Assembly (NCBI GenBank): GCA_020724425.1
Contig: DYGY01000001.1
Span: 89,501 to 153,500, forward strand
Reading direction: 5' to 3'
Origin: Thermaerobacter marianensis
Lineage (GTDB): Bacteria; Bacillota; Sulfobacillia; DVGY01
Length of the DNA: 64,000 bases
The notes under the pieces are model-generated. The model worked only from the letters and a program-made list of their open reading frames with translations. It ran no database searches and was not told where the DNA came from. Of this stretch, positions 9,118-19,865 are shown in pieces (the stretch's first letter is position 1; each line of letters opens with the position of its first letter). The position numbers and the translations under genes were made by a program.

Positions 9118-10002
9118 TTGGTTTATAGTATGACTGGTTATGGTAGAGCTGAAGAGAATGGAGACAACTATTCAGTGAGAGTGGAACTGAAATCAGTGAA
9201 CCATCGTTTTGCTGATGTGTCAGTGAAGATGCCAAAGGAGTATTATTCTCTAGAAGAGCGTATCCGTAAGAATATTGTTAGCAGGGTTTCAAGGGGTAGG
9301 GTGGATGCTTATCTTTCTGTAGAGAGAACCGGGCAGGGAGAGAAGAATCTCCGTGTTGACAGGGATTTGGCCTTCGCCTATTATAGTTCCTTAGAAGGAT
9401 TGAAGGCTGAGCTGAATTTGGGTGGCCAGGTTGATATTAATCAGTTGGCCATGATGCCTGAGATATTTTCTTTAGAGGAAGAACAAGCAGATATTGAAGA
9501 GGTCTGGGTGCTAATGGAGAAGGCTCTCTTAGGAGCGTTAGAGAGTCTTTTATCTATGCGTAGACAGGAAGGTGAAACCCTTGTTAAGGATCTCCTTAAG
9601 AGGGCAGAGCTTATCAGGGAGTATACTCAAGAGATAGAAGAGCGGGCTCCTCTGGTAGTTGAAGAGTATCGGTTTAAATTAAGGGAACGACTGAATGAGC
9701 TTTTGAGGGATTCTGAAGCAACTGTTGATGAGGTGAGATTGGCTAGTGAGATAGCTATCTATGCGGATCGCTCTAGCATCACTGAAGAGATAGTGCGGCT
9801 TTATAGTCATCTTGATTTTTTAGCAGAGACACTTGCTGAGGATGGTCCAGTGGGCAGGAAGCTTGAATTTATCCTGCAAGAGATTAACAGGGAAGCAAAC
9901 ACAATTGGGTCTAAAGCCCAGGATGCTTCTATGGGACAGAAGGTAGTTAGTATTAAGAGTGAGCTTGAAAAGATTAGAGAACAGTCGCAGAATATTGAGT
10001 AG
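9118..10002 (+). CDS. yicC: YicC/YloC-family stress-induced endoribonuclease
   Basis: N-terminus [11 protein letters not shown] and a C-terminal DUF1732-like region. Position upstream of remA-gmk as in B. subtilis yloC. Confidence 0.8.
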   Translation: MVYSMTGYGRAEENGDNYSVRVELKSVNHRFADVSVKMPKEYYSLEERIRKNIVSRVSRGRVDAYLSVERTGQGEKNLRVDRDLAFAYYSSLEGLKAELNLGGQVDINQLAMMPEIFSLEEEQADIEEVWVLMEKALLGALESLLSMRRQEGETLVKDLLKRAELIREYTQEIEERAPLVVEEYRFKLRERLNELLRDSEATVDEVRLASEIAIYADRSSITEEIVRLYSHLDFLAETLAEDGPVGRKLEFILQEINREANTIGSKAQDASMGQKVVSIKSELEKIREQSQNIE

Positions 10003-10024
10003 CAGGTGGGAGAGGGGAGTTAGT

Positions 10025-10291
10025 ATGGATATCAAGTTGGTCAATATTGGTTTTGGGAATATTGTTGCTGCAAACAGAATCATAGCTATTGTTAGCCCAG
10101 AATCTGCACCTATTAAAAGAACTATTAGTGAGGCTAGGGAATCAGGCCTTTTGATTGACGCTACTTATGGGAGAAGAACAAGAGCCGTAATTGTTACTGA
10201 TAGCGGTCATATCATTCTCTCAGCAGTGCAACCGGAAACAGTTGCTCATCGTGTGGGGGGCAAGGAGGTTGTGGAGAAGGTGGTGGAGTAA
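10025..10291 (+). CDS. remA: RemA/YlzA (DUF370) biofilm matrix regulator
   Basis: [32 protein letters not shown] is near-identical in pattern to B. subtilis RemA. GGGGAG RBS. Lies between yicC and gmk. Confidence 0.8.
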   Translation: MDIKLVNIGFGNIVAANRIIAIVSPESAPIKRTISEARESGLLIDATYGRRTRAVIVTDSGHIILSAVQPETVAHRVGGKEVVEKVVE

Positions 10292-10905
10292 TGAGAGAGG
10301 GTGTTCTAACCATTATCTCTGCACCTTCTGGAGCAGGAAAAGGTACAATTAGGGCTTTATTGCAAAAACGGATGCCCAAGCTTCGTTATGGAGTCTCGGT
10401 CACAACAAGACAGCCGCGTGAGGGAGAAGTTGATGGCATCAACTACTACTTCATGGATGAAGAGGTATTTAAGAACGGTCTTAGTGAAGGTAAGTTTGTG
10501 GAACATGCAGAGGTATATGGAAACTATTACGCTACTCCTAGGCAACCTATGGAGGACTGGCTTAAGGAAGGTATAGACGTTATTATTGAAAAGGATGTTC
10601 AGGGGGCTCTAGCTCTTAAAAATGTCTATCCTGAAGCAGTATATGTATTCATTCTACCTCCTTCTTTAGAAGAGTTGCGTCAGCGTATTACTAGACGTGG
10701 TACGGAAACTGAGCAGGCTAGATCTCAGAGACTAAAGAGTGCTGAGATTGAGTTAAACTACATAAATCATTATGACTACGTTATTGTAAATGATGATTTA
10801 GACAAAGCGGTATCAGACTTACAGGCTATCATTGTCAGTGAGAGTTTAAAAATTAAGAGACAGAAAGCAACAGTGGAGAAGTTAATTGGGAAAAGTCTTA
10901 TGTGA
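10291..10905 (+). CDS. gmk: guanylate kinase
   Basis: P-loop SAPSGAGKGT and a Gmk-length ORF. ATGA overlap with the remA stop. Confidence 0.9.
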   Translation: MREGVLTIISAPSGAGKGTIRALLQKRMPKLRYGVSVTTRQPREGEVDGINYYFMDEEVFKNGLSEGKFVEHAEVYGNYYATPRQPMEDWLKEGIDVIIEKDVQGALALKNVYPEAVYVFILPPSLEELRQRITRRGTETEQARSQRLKSAEIELNYINHYDYVIVNDDLDKAVSDLQAIIVSESLKIKRQKATVEKLIGKSLM

Positions 10906-10914
10906 GGTGAAGGA

Positions 10915-11124
10915 TTGGTGTATACAGATACAACAGACAGAGCTTTAGAAAAGGTTGATGCCAGATATTCTCTAGTAATTCTGGTAGCGAAAAGAGCAAG
11001 GCAATTGGTTGAAGATGCACTACCTCTAGTTGAAAGTCAATCAAACAAGCCAGTTACAGTAGCGATGGAGGAACTAGCTGAAGGAACATTTAGTTACAAG
11101 CGAGTGAAAACTGGGATCAAATAG
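10915..11124 (+). CDS. rpoZ: DNA-directed RNA polymerase subunit omega
   Basis: 69 aa with RALEKVDARYSLVILVAKRARQL, an RpoZ signature. Follows gmk. Confidence 0.85.
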   Translation: MVYTDTTDRALEKVDARYSLVILVAKRARQLVEDALPLVESQSNKPVTVAMEELAEGTFSYKRVKTGIK

Positions 11125-11136
11125 GGGGAGAAGGTA

Positions 11137-12324
11137 ATGCTAGCGGGGAAAACTATCCTGTTGGGGGTAAGTGGTGGTATAGCGGCATATAAGAGTGTGG
11201 AGTTGGTACGACTCTTGAAAAAGGAGGGTGCCGATGTCTATGTTATTATGACTGAGCATGCTACGAAATTTGTCACACCTTTAACTTTTGAGAGTCTTTC
11301 AGGCAATCCGGTTTTCACTGATGTTGTAGGAGAGTACAAGAAGTATCCTGTTGAACACATAGTGTTATCTGAAAAAGCTGATCTAATGGTAGTGGCTCCG
11401 GCAACTGCTAATGTCATTGCCAAGTTTGCTAATGGTATTGCTGATGACTATTTAAGTACGACCAATCTAGCCTTAACTTGTCCAAGACTAATTTGTCCGG
11501 CTATGAATCATAACATGTATGCTCACCCGGCAACTCAGGCTAATCTTAAGAGACTTGACAGTTATGATAACTATCAGTTAATGGAGCCTAAAGAAGGGCG
11601 TTTGGCTACAGGTATTGTTGGTAAAGGTAGAATGCCTGAAGCTATAGAGATTTTTAATGAGATTAAGTATCTTTTAAGTCCTAAGGATATGCTTGGCAAA
11701 ACTGTACTTATTACTGCAGGTCCAACTAGGGAGCATTATGACCCTATTCGGTTTCTTTCTAATCCATCCACAGGGAAGATGGGTTATGCTATTGCTAGAA
11801 AGGCAGCAGAGAGAGGAGCTAGGGTCATTCTTGTTTCCGGTCCTGTCAGTATTGAACTACCCCCTAAAGTTAAGGTAGTGTCTGTAAATACAGCCATAGA
11901 GATGAGAGAGGCTGCCATTAAGTATTTTGATGAAACAGATATTTTCATAGGTACTGCTGCTGTAGCTGATTACAGACCTAAAAACAGGGCAGCAGAGAAA
12001 ATAAAGAAGGGTGCAGACACCCTTATTCTTGATTTAGAGAAGAACCCAGATATAATTGCTGAACTTGGTCAGAACAAAGATCAGCGGATTGTGGTTGGTT
12101 TTGCAGCAGAGACTAATAACGGTTTTTCCTATGCTTTAGAGAAGATAAAGAAGAAGAATCTTGACTTTATTGTCCTTAATGATGTGGCGCAAAAGGGAGC
12201 AGGTTTTGGGGTGGATACCAACATTGTTAAGTTTGTTTTCCCTGATGGAACTCATGAAGAATTCCCGTTAATGCTCAAGGAAGATGTGGCCACAAAGATT
12301 CTTGATCAAATTATGAAGCTATAG
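11137..12324 (+). CDS. coaBC: bifunctional phosphopantothenoylcysteine decarboxylase / phosphopantothenate-cysteine ligase
   Basis: N-terminal flavoprotein domain (GVSGGIAAYK) plus a C-terminal CoaB domain. Conserved position before priA. Confidence 0.9.
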   Translation: MLAGKTILLGVSGGIAAYKSVELVRLLKKEGADVYVIMTEHATKFVTPLTFESLSGNPVFTDVVGEYKKYPVEHIVLSEKADLMVVAPATANVIAKFANGIADDYLSTTNLALTCPRLICPAMNHNMYAHPATQANLKRLDSYDNYQLMEPKEGRLATGIVGKGRMPEAIEIFNEIKYLLSPKDMLGKTVLITAGPTREHYDPIRFLSNPSTGKMGYAIARKAAERGARVILVSGPVSIELPPKVKVVSVNTAIEMREAAIKYFDETDIFIGTAAVADYRPKNRAAEKIKKGADTLILDLEKNPDIIAELGQNKDQRIVVGFAAETNNGFSYALEKIKKKNLDFIVLNDVAQKGAGFGVDTNIVKFVFPDGTHEEFPLMLKEDVATKILDQIMKL

Positions 12325-12345
12325 AATTTTCCTTATATATTCGGG

Positions 12346-12372
12346 AAGGACACCTTAAAGGGTGTCTTTTCG
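12346..12372 (+). terminator. intrinsic terminator after coaBC
   Basis: AAGGACACC-ttaaag-GGTGTCTTT followed by TCG, a T-rich tail. Confidence 0.5.
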
Positions 12373-12373
12373 A

Positions 12374-12402
12374 TTGTAGGGGATAGCTGATAATGGTAAA
12401 AT
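12374..12402 (+). promoter_or_regulatory. sigma-A-type promoter for priA (TTGTAG-17-TAAAAT)
   Basis: -35 TTGTAG, 17-nt spacer, -10 TAAAAT, located ~30 nt upstream of the priA GTG. Confidence 0.45.
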
Positions 12403-12432
12403 ACAGTATATATGTTAAAGGGGAGAGAATGT

Positions 12433-14598
12433 GTGAAGCCATATGCTCAGGTTTTGGTCGATATTGCCAGCAAAGATATAGACCATAGCTTTGATTATCT
12501 AATCCCTGATTGGTTACAGGGAAGGGTAGCTTGTGGGCAGAGGGTAGAGGTACCCTTTGGTAACAGAAAAGCCATTGGTTATGTTCTCTCTTTAAGTGAT
12601 GAGTCGGAAGTGGCTGAGTTAAAGGAGATTGCTGGAGTGGTTGATGAGGAACCACTTTTGAATGCTGAGCTTTTGGCTTTAGCTTCCTGGATAGCTACTG
12701 AGTATCTTTCTCCCTTGAGTGTGGTCTATAGAACCATGCTTCCTGCTCCAGTGCGGAAAGGAAGAGAGAAAAAAAAGGTTTTGGCTTTGAGTTCTGCTGG
12801 TGTTGAAGTCAGAGTAACTGAAAAACAGAGAATGGTTTTGGAATTCTTAAATGGCAGGACTGCTGAGTCCATGGCTGCATTGGCTAGAGACTGTGGGGTA
12901 TCTCAAGGGGTTGTAAGAAGCCTCATTGATAAGGGACTGGTAAGTTTTGTTGAAGTAGGGGAAGATATTGATGATATTGATGTTTTTGAAGGGCCAACAC
13001 TTACCTCTGAGCAGGTAAATGTGATACAATCAATGAAAAATCATGGGGATAGGGTTTATCTGTTACATGGAGTAACAGGGAGTGGTAAGACAGAGATCTA
13101 TCTTCAGAGTATTGAGGAAGTTAGAAAACAGGGCAAGACCGCTATTGTTCTGGTTCCTGAGATTGCCTTAACACCTCAGATTACCAAGCGATTTAGGGAG
13201 CGTTTCGGTAGCAGGGTAGCTCTGCTGCATAGTGGGCTTAACGATGAACAGAGATATAATGAATGGATGAGGATTTATCAGGGCAAGGTGGATGTGGTGG
13301 TAGGAGCCCGTTCAGCTGTTTTTGCACCCTTAAGTAACTTGGGGTTGATAGTTTTAGATGAGGAACATGAGAATACTTACAGGCAAGAGGAGTCGCCAAG
13401 GTATCATGCCCGAGAGGTAGCAATTAAAAGAGCTAGTCTAGCAGGTGCAAAATGTATTCTTGGGAGTGCAACTCCTAGTCTTGAATCATATTATCGGGCT
13501 GAAAAAAGGGAATTTGTTCTTTTAGAACTACCTGAAAGAATTGGTCAGGGAATGGCTAAGGTTTCAGTGGTGGATATGAAAGCAGAGTCTAAACGGGGAA
13601 ATCGGTCAATGCTGAGTCAGACTCTCAGGGAAGGTATTGCCAGAAGACTTGAAAGAAAGGAACAGGTAATGCTGTTCCTAAATCGTCGAGGGCATTCAAC
13701 CTTTGTACTCTGCAGGGGTTGTGGGAAGGCGAGAAGGTGCCCTAACTGTGATGTATCCTTAACATATCATCAGCAGAAAGAAAGGCTTCTATGCCACTAT
13801 TGTGACTATTCAGAGAAGGTACCTGTGCAGTGTCCAGGTTGTGAGAGTACCCAGATTGGGTTTTTTGGTATTGGTACCCAGAAGGTAGAGGAAATAGTTA
13901 AGAAGGCTTATCCGCAAGCAAGGGTCAGGCGCATGGATGTGGATACTACCAGGCGTAAGGGTGCTCATGAGGAGATCTATACAGCCTTTGCTAAAGGTGA
14001 AATTGATATATTGATTGGTACACAGATGATTGCTAAGGGTTGGGATATTGGTAGGGTGACCCTTGTCGGAGTTATTTCTGCTGATACATCTTTGCATCTA
14101 CCGGATTTTAGAGCGGGAGAGAGAACCTTCTCTTTGTTAACTCAGGTGGCTGGTAGAGCAGGTAGGGCTGATTTGGAAGGTGAAGTAGTTGTTCAGACCT
14201 TTAGCCCTGATAATTATGCTATTAGAGCTGCATTGAAGCAGGACTATAGAGAGTTTTATGAAGAAGAGATACTAGCTAGAAAAGAGCTTGGTTATCCACC
14301 CTATGGTTCTCTAGCTAGGATTGTGGTTTCTGATCCGGATCAAAAAGTGGTTATAGCTGAATTGAATGGGTTAGCTGAGATATTGAGAAAGGAAATAGAT
14401 ATCTTAGGACCCCAGCCAGCACCTCTACCAAGGTTAAGAGGGAGAAGCAGGTGGCAGATAACCATTAAAGAGATTGGTGAGGAAAACAAGACTAAGGCTG
14501 TTCTTAAGAGGCTTATGCCCAATGGATGGTTAGAGGGAAAAAGATTGAAACCGACAACTAGAGTTGTGGTTGATACTGATCCATATAACATGCTGTAG
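12433..14598 (+). CDS. priA: primosomal protein N' (replication restart helicase)
   Basis: GTG start after GGGGAGAGAA. Walker [13 protein letters not shown] box, and a C-terminal Cys4 zinc fingers (CRGCG...CPNC...CHYC...CPGC). Confidence 0.9.
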   Translation: MKPYAQVLVDIASKDIDHSFDYLIPDWLQGRVACGQRVEVPFGNRKAIGYVLSLSDESEVAELKEIAGVVDEEPLLNAELLALASWIATEYLSPLSVVYRTMLPAPVRKGREKKKVLALSSAGVEVRVTEKQRMVLEFLNGRTAESMAALARDCGVSQGVVRSLIDKGLVSFVEVGEDIDDIDVFEGPTLTSEQVNVIQSMKNHGDRVYLLHGVTGSGKTEIYLQSIEEVRKQGKTAIVLVPEIALTPQITKRFRERFGSRVALLHSGLNDEQRYNEWMRIYQGKVDVVVGARSAVFAPLSNLGLIVLDEEHENTYRQEESPRYHAREVAIKRASLAGAKCILGSATPSLESYYRAEKREFVLLELPERIGQGMAKVSVVDMKAESKRGNRSMLSQTLREGIARRLERKEQVMLFLNRRGHSTFVLCRGCGKARRCPNCDVSLTYHQQKERLLCHYCDYSEKVPVQCPGCESTQIGFFGIGTQKVEEIVKKAYPQARVRRMDVDTTRRKGAHEEIYTAFAKGEIDILIGTQMIAKGWDIGRVTLVGVISADTSLHLPDFRAGERTFSLLTQVAGRAGRADLEGEVVVQTFSPDNYAIRAALKQDYREFYEEEILARKELGYPPYGSLARIVVSDPDQKVVIAELNGLAEILRKEIDILGPQPAPLPRLRGRSRWQITIKEIGEENKTKAVLKRLMPNGWLEGKRLKPTTRVVVDTDPYNML

Positions 14599-14611
14599 AA
14601 GGAGTACAGAG

Positions 14612-16030
14612 ATGTCAGAAGATTTTTATGAGGGGATAGAGGCTTTGCCCATCTTTACGGGTGAAGAAGATCCTGTTCTCAGAAAAAAAAGCAAGGCGAT
14701 AAAAAGGATTAACAACAGTACCAGGGAACTGCTCGATCAGATGGCTAAAACCATGTACGCAGCAGGAGGAGTTGGGCTGGCTGCACCACAGATTGGGATT
14801 AACAAGAGAATTATTGTTCTTGATGTTGGAGAGGGCTTAATTGAACTTATTAACCCTGAGGTAACCATGCAGGAAGGAGAGGAGACTGCTTTAGAAGGGT
14901 GTCTTAGTCTCCCAGACCTTATAGGTGAGGTTACTAGGGGTAGAGAAGTTGAAGTTAAGGGCTATGATCGCCAAGGCCGACAAATCTGGGTTAGAGGTGA
15001 AGGGCTACTTAGTAGGGCTCTTCAGCATGAGATTGATCATCTTGATGGTATTCTCTTTATTGATAAGGCTAAGAAAGTTATGGAGATTCCTCCTGAGAGC
15101 AAATTAAGGGTAGTGTTTATGGGTACACCTGAATTTGCAGAGGTGTCTTTAAAAGCTTTGGTTGAGAACCGTTTTGGTGTGATGGCTGTAGTAACTAACC
15201 CCGATAGACCAAAGGGCAGGGGCAAGGTGTTGACTCCTTCTCCGGTTAAGGAACTAGCTAATTCTTATGAAATTCCAGTTTTCCAGCCTAAAAGAGCTAG
15301 AGATCCTGAGTTTATTGAGCAAATTAGGGCTATGGAGCCTGATGTTATTGTTGTTGTAGCCTATGGTAAAATACTACCTAAAGAGATTCTTGATATACCA
15401 AGGTATGGTTGTATTAATGTCCATGGTTCCCTGTTACCCGAATATCGGGGTGCTGCACCGATTCATCGAGCCATTATGGATGGCAAAGAGGTTACCGGAA
15501 TTACTACCATGTTCATGGCAGAGGGAATGGATACCGGGGATATGATTCTGAAAAAAGAGATCCCTGTTAACAGTAGTGATACTGGTGGTTCCTTACATGA
15601 TAAGTTGGCTAAGGTGGGTGCAGAGCTGTTAGTTGATACTTTAAGATTGTTCTTAGAGGACAGGGAGGTGCCAAGAGTCGTTCAGGATGATTCCCTGGCT
15701 ACTTATGCACCCAAACTGACACCTGAAGATGAGGTAATTAATTGGCATAAAGATAGTGAGAGTATAGTAAATCAAATTAGAGCGCTAGATCCCTGGCCTG
15801 GTGCCACCGCAACCCTCAGGGGGAAGGCCATAAAGCTGTATGCTGGGGAAGTTGTAGAAGGCATTGGTACTCCTGGAGAGATTATTGATGTTTTACAAAA
15901 GGTAGGTATCATAGTGGCAACAGGTTCTAAAGCAGTCTTGCTTAAGGAAATTAAGCCTGCTAATGGCAAAAGGATGCCAATGAGTGCTTTTTTGAATGGA
16001 CATGACTTGAAAATAGGAGAGAGGTTGTAG
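14612..16030 (+). CDS. def-fmt: peptide deformylase fused in frame to methionyl-tRNA formyltransferase (single 472-aa ORF)
   Basis: AAGGAG RBS then ATG 14612. Def motifs [17 protein letters not shown] and QHEIDHLDG run straight into the Fmt N-terminus ([13 protein letters not shown]...) with no stop codon. Possible internal starts at ATG 15080 or 15119. Confidence 0.7.
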   Translation: MSEDFYEGIEALPIFTGEEDPVLRKKSKAIKRINNSTRELLDQMAKTMYAAGGVGLAAPQIGINKRIIVLDVGEGLIELINPEVTMQEGEETALEGCLSLPDLIGEVTRGREVEVKGYDRQGRQIWVRGEGLLSRALQHEIDHLDGILFIDKAKKVMEIPPESKLRVVFMGTPEFAEVSLKALVENRFGVMAVVTNPDRPKGRGKVLTPSPVKELANSYEIPVFQPKRARDPEFIEQIRAMEPDVIVVVAYGKILPKEILDIPRYGCINVHGSLLPEYRGAAPIHRAIMDGKEVTGITTMFMAEGMDTGDMILKKEIPVNSSDTGGSLHDKLAKVGAELLVDTLRLFLEDREVPRVVQDDSLATYAPKLTPEDEVINWHKDSESIVNQIRALDPWPGATATLRGKAIKLYAGEVVEGIGTPGEIIDVLQKVGIIVATGSKAVLLKEIKPANGKRMPMSAFLNGHDLKIGERL

Positions 16031-16045
16031 AAGGGAGAGATTTGG

Positions 16046-16726
16046 ATGTTTTTTGATCCGTTGTATTTGATTCTTGTGATGCCTGCTTTAATACTGTCCA
16101 TGTATGCGCAGGCCAAGGTTAAAGGAGCTTTTAATAAGTATTCTAAGGTTAGAGCTAGCAGTGGTAAGACAGGTGCTGATGTTGCTGCTCAGATGTTAAG
16201 ACACGCTGGTATCCATAATGTGCGAGTGGAGATGATTAATAGGGAGCTTGGCGATCATTATGATCCGAAAGCTAAGGCTGTCAGGCTATCACCTAATGTA
16301 TATTCAAGTAATTCCTTAGCAGCTTTAGGGATTGCTGCTCATGAGGTTGGTCATGCCATCCAGGACCATACTCAGTATTCCTGGTTAACTCTAAGGAACA
16401 GTATTATCCCCATATCCAATTTTGGTTCTCAGGCTGCAATTCCCTTATTTTTGCTGGGTATTCTCTTTGGTCTAACCGGGCTTATGTATGCTGGTATTGT
16501 CTTTTTTGCTCTAGCAGTGTTGTTCCAGGTAGTGACCATGCCTGTTGAGACTAATGCTTCTAGAAGAGCTTTATATCTATTAGAGTCTGGTGGCTATATT
16601 ACCAGGGAAGAAACAAAACCTGTTAAGTCTGTATTAAGTGCGGCTGCATTAACCTATCTGGCAGCTCTATTGACGGCTTTGATGCAGCTTCTATATCTAA
16701 TTATTTCTGTTAAGAGGAATGACTAG
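16046..16726 (+). CDS. putative membrane-bound zinc metallopeptidase (zincin, PF04298-like)
   Basis: HEVGHAIQ zinc-binding motif and a C-terminal TM helices. Sits between fmt and rsmB, as is common in Clostridia. Confidence 0.65.
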   Translation: MFFDPLYLILVMPALILSMYAQAKVKGAFNKYSKVRASSGKTGADVAAQMLRHAGIHNVRVEMINRELGDHYDPKAKAVRLSPNVYSSNSLAALGIAAHEVGHAIQDHTQYSWLTLRNSIIPISNFGSQAAIPLFLLGILFGLTGLMYAGIVFFALAVLFQVVTMPVETNASRRALYLLESGGYITREETKPVKSVLSAAALTYLAALLTALMQLLYLIISVKRND

Positions 16727-16737
16727 GAGAGGTATAA

Positions 16738-18057
16738 TTGCAGAGGAAAACTACGGGGCGCGAATTAGCAGTTCGTGCCCTCCATTTGAGTGAAACAAAA
16801 GAGATCTATATTGATAGAGCCTTTAGTGAAGTTGAAAAGGAATATGATCTTAACAAGGTAGAACGTAGTCTGGCTATGGAGTTAGCTTATGGGGTGAGTA
16901 GAAGGCGAAATTCTCTAGATTGGGCTATAAATCTTCATGCAAAGACTAGGGTTGAAAAGACAACCCCCTGGATTAGAGCTATCTTAAGGATAAGTGCCTA
17001 TCAGCTTCTTTATCTTGATAGAATTCCTGCTAGAGCCATCTGTCATGAGGGGACTAATCTTGCCAAGAGGTTTGGTCATCAGGGGGTTTCAAGGTTTGTA
17101 AATGCAGTCTGTCGTAATCTTTCAAGGAATCTAGAGCTACCCTGGCCAGAAGACCCTGTTGAGAATTTGGCCTTAAGATATTGCCATCCAGAGTGGCTGG
17201 TAAGAAGATGGTTAGGACAATATGGATTTGAGGAAACTAAAGCCCTAATGGAGCATAATAACAGGACACCTGTGACAACGTTAAGAGTGAATACCTCTAA
17301 AATTAGCAAAGAAGAGCTAAAAACAATGTTGACTAACGTGGAGGAAGGTTTGTATCTAAAAGATTCTCTTAGAATTACTGGGTATGATCGTATCGAGTCT
17401 TTGCCTGGATACAAGGAAGGATTCTTCTGGGTTCAGGATGAGAGTTCACAGGTGCCGGTAGAGGTTTTAGGGGTAGGGAGTAACGAAACGATAATTGATG
17501 CTTGTAGTGCTCCGGGAAGTAAAACGATGCAAATAGCTGCTAAGTCTAATAATAATCGGATTATCGCTACAGATGTGAGTGATAAGAGACTTATGAGAGT
17601 TAGTGAAAATGCTAACAGGCTAGGTTTTGCTATTGATGTTCTTTCTCTGGATGCCAAAGATTTAGGTAAGAGGTTTCCTTTAGAGGCTGATAGGGTCCTT
17701 GTAGATGCTCCCTGTTCAGGTCTTGGTGTTCTGGCTAAAAGACCTGATGCTCGCTGGCAAAAAAGTGAAGAAAATATTAAGGAACTGGTTAGTATTCAAA
17801 GAGAGATTCTTGAAAGTGCCTGGTTAGCCTTAAAACCAGGTGGTATTCTAGTATATAGTACATGTACACTGGCTCCTGAAGAAAATGAAGAACAAATAAA
17901 GGCTTTCCTAGCAGACCATGAGGATGCAGTCTTAGATGATATGCCTTCTTTGCCAGAGGTATTAAGGGATAGGCTAGTTGGAGGCATGTTACACATTTTG
18001 CCACAGGACTTGGGTATTGATGGTTTCTTTGTGGCCCGGATGGTGAAAAGAAAGTGA
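16738..18057 (+). CDS. rsmB: 16S rRNA (cytosine967-C5)-methyltransferase
   Basis: N-terminal NusB-like domain plus a SAM-dependent methyltransferase with PCSG and catalytic Cys motifs. AGGAGAGG RBS, TTG start. Confidence 0.85.
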   Translation: MQRKTTGRELAVRALHLSETKEIYIDRAFSEVEKEYDLNKVERSLAMELAYGVSRRRNSLDWAINLHAKTRVEKTTPWIRAILRISAYQLLYLDRIPARAICHEGTNLAKRFGHQGVSRFVNAVCRNLSRNLELPWPEDPVENLALRYCHPEWLVRRWLGQYGFEETKALMEHNNRTPVTTLRVNTSKISKEELKTMLTNVEEGLYLKDSLRITGYDRIESLPGYKEGFFWVQDESSQVPVEVLGVGSNETIIDACSAPGSKTMQIAAKSNNNRIIATDVSDKRLMRVSENANRLGFAIDVLSLDAKDLGKRFPLEADRVLVDAPCSGLGVLAKRPDARWQKSEENIKELVSIQREILESAWLALKPGGILVYSTCTLAPEENEEQIKAFLADHEDAVLDDMPSLPEVLRDRLVGGMLHILPQDLGIDGFFVARMVKRK

Positions 18058-19097
18058 TTGAGTTAATAGGCATGGATCTTGCCGAGTTAGAAAAAATGAG
18101 CAAGGACCAGGGACAACCCTCGTTTAGGGGAAAGCAATTATTCTCCTGGTTATATGACAAAAGAGTATCATCCTTTGATGAGATGACAAATCTCCCTAAA
18201 AGATGGAGAGAGGAACTAAAGGAAAAGGCTAAGATTAGCTATCCGCAAGTGGTTGATCGCCAAGTGAATAGTATGGATGGTACCACAAAGTATCTTTTAG
18301 AGCTTACTGATGGGAATACCATTGAAGCTGTTCTACTAAGATATAGGCATGGCAATAGTGTGTGTATCTCTACTCAGGTAGGTTGTCAGATGGGTTGTAG
18401 GTTCTGTGCCTCAACCATTGGAGGATTACAGCGCAACCTAACTGCAAGTGAGATGTTAGCGCAATTGCTGGCTATCTATAGGGATTGGCCAACCGAGGAG
18501 GAAGAAAAACGTATTTCTCATGTGGTTTTAATGGGTATTGGTGAGCCCTTAGAGAACTATGAAGAGGTAATGAAGTTTTTGCGGTTGGTTCATGAACCAG
18601 CAGGTTTTAATATTAGTTATCGCAATATTACCCTTTCTACTTCAGGTTTGATATGGGGTATCAGAAAACTGATGAAAGAGGAACTGCCAATTACTCTTGC
18701 TGTTTCTTTGCATGCTCCTAATGATGCTTTGCGTAGCACTTTGATGCCAATAAATAAGAAGAATCCGTTAAAGCAGTTGATTCCTGTTTGTAATGAGTAT
18801 GGGGAGAGTACGGGTCGTAGAGTAACCTATGAGTATATACTTATCGATAGAGTTAATGATAGGGTAGAGCATGCAAGAGAACTGGCCAATCTATTAAGAG
18901 GTTCTCTGGCTCATGTAAACCTAATTCCTCTTAATCCGGTTGAGGAAAGAGACTTTAATCCATCTAAACCGGAGGCTGTGACCAAGTTTAGAGATATTTT
19001 GAGTGAGAGAGGTATTAGTGTAACTGTACGTAGGGAACTTGGTAAGGAGATAGATGCTGCTTGTGGTCAGTTAAGACGTTCTAGGGAGAAGCTCTAA
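18054..19097 (+). CDS. rlmN: 23S rRNA/tRNA (adenine2503-C2)-methyltransferase, radical SAM
   Basis: CQMGCRFCAS radical-SAM motif and RlmN length. Overlaps the rsmB stop. Confidence 0.9.
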   Translation: MIELIGMDLAELEKMSKDQGQPSFRGKQLFSWLYDKRVSSFDEMTNLPKRWREELKEKAKISYPQVVDRQVNSMDGTTKYLLELTDGNTIEAVLLRYRHGNSVCISTQVGCQMGCRFCASTIGGLQRNLTASEMLAQLLAIYRDWPTEEEEKRISHVVLMGIGEPLENYEEVMKFLRLVHEPAGFNISYRNITLSTSGLIWGIRKLMKEELPITLAVSLHAPNDALRSTLMPINKKNPLKQLIPVCNEYGESTGRRVTYEYILIDRVNDRVEHARELANLLRGSLAHVNLIPLNPVEERDFNPSKPEAVTKFRDILSERGISVTVRRELGKEIDAACGQLRRSREKL

Positions 19098-19118
19098 CCC
19101 GGGAAGGGGCGAAAAGGA

Positions 19119-19865
19119 TTGTTAGTGGGTGTTTACAGCCATACTGGACTTTTGCGGCCTAACAATGAGGACGCCTATTGTCATTGTCAGCTGTCTTCAA
19201 TGAACCTATTGGTTGTAGCGGATGGTATGGGGGGACATAAGGCGGGAGAGGTGGCCAGTCAACTGGCTATTGATCGAATCAAAGAATATTTTGAGGAGCA
19301 TCTTTTGGAGGCTTTTGATGTTCAAGAGCTTCTGGCTCAAGCTTTGCTGTTTGCCAACAGGGGTATCTATGAGCAGGCTGCTGACAATTTAGAGTTTGCA
19401 GGTATGGGTACCACAGTTACTGCTGCTCTTGTGAAAGGGAAAAAGGCCTATCTTGCTCATATTGGGGATTCTCGTGCCTATTTATACAGACATGGTGAGT
19501 TGTTCAGATTAACTGCTGATCATAATCTAGTGCAGCAGATGCTTAGCAATGGTGAGATTACAGAAGATGAAGCATACAGACATCCCCAGAGGAATCTTTT
19601 GCTTAATGCCATGGGTACAGCTAGCAAGTGTGAAATAGATGAAGATATGGTTGAGTTACAGGAGGGTGATCTCTTGCTGTTATGTACTGATGGTTTGACA
19701 TCCATGTTAACGGATGATGAGCTGTTAGTGATCTTGCAGGAAAACCTGAATCCTGAACAATTAGCGGTACGTCTAGTTGATGCAGCAAATGATAGAGGCG
19801 GTCAGGATAATACCACAGTGATTGCGGCATTAGTTACAGCAGAGGGTCAGGAGGTGGGAATGTGA
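19119..19865 (+). CDS. prpC: PP2C-family Ser/Thr phosphatase
   Basis: NEDAY, DGMGGH and a C-terminal GGQDNTT motifs. Directly upstream of prkC with a 4-nt overlap. Confidence 0.9.
   Translation: MLVGVYSHTGLLRPNNEDAYCHCQLSSMNLLVVADGMGGHKAGEVASQLAIDRIKEYFEEHLLEAFDVQELLAQALLFANRGIYEQAADNLEFAGMGTTVTAALVKGKKAYLAHIGDSRAYLYRHGELFRLTADHNLVQQMLSNGEITEDEAYRHPQRNLLLNAMGTASKCEIDEDMVELQEGDLLLLCTDGLTSMLTDDELLVILQENLNPEQLAVRLVDAANDRGGQDNTTVIAALVTAEGQEVGM

Noticed and set aside
15060-15125. def-fmt fusion as a mere annotation artefact.
   Set aside because: Not rejected outright. The frame is unambiguously open in the given sequence. Only a sequencing error could separate the genes, so it is reported as a finding with that caveat.
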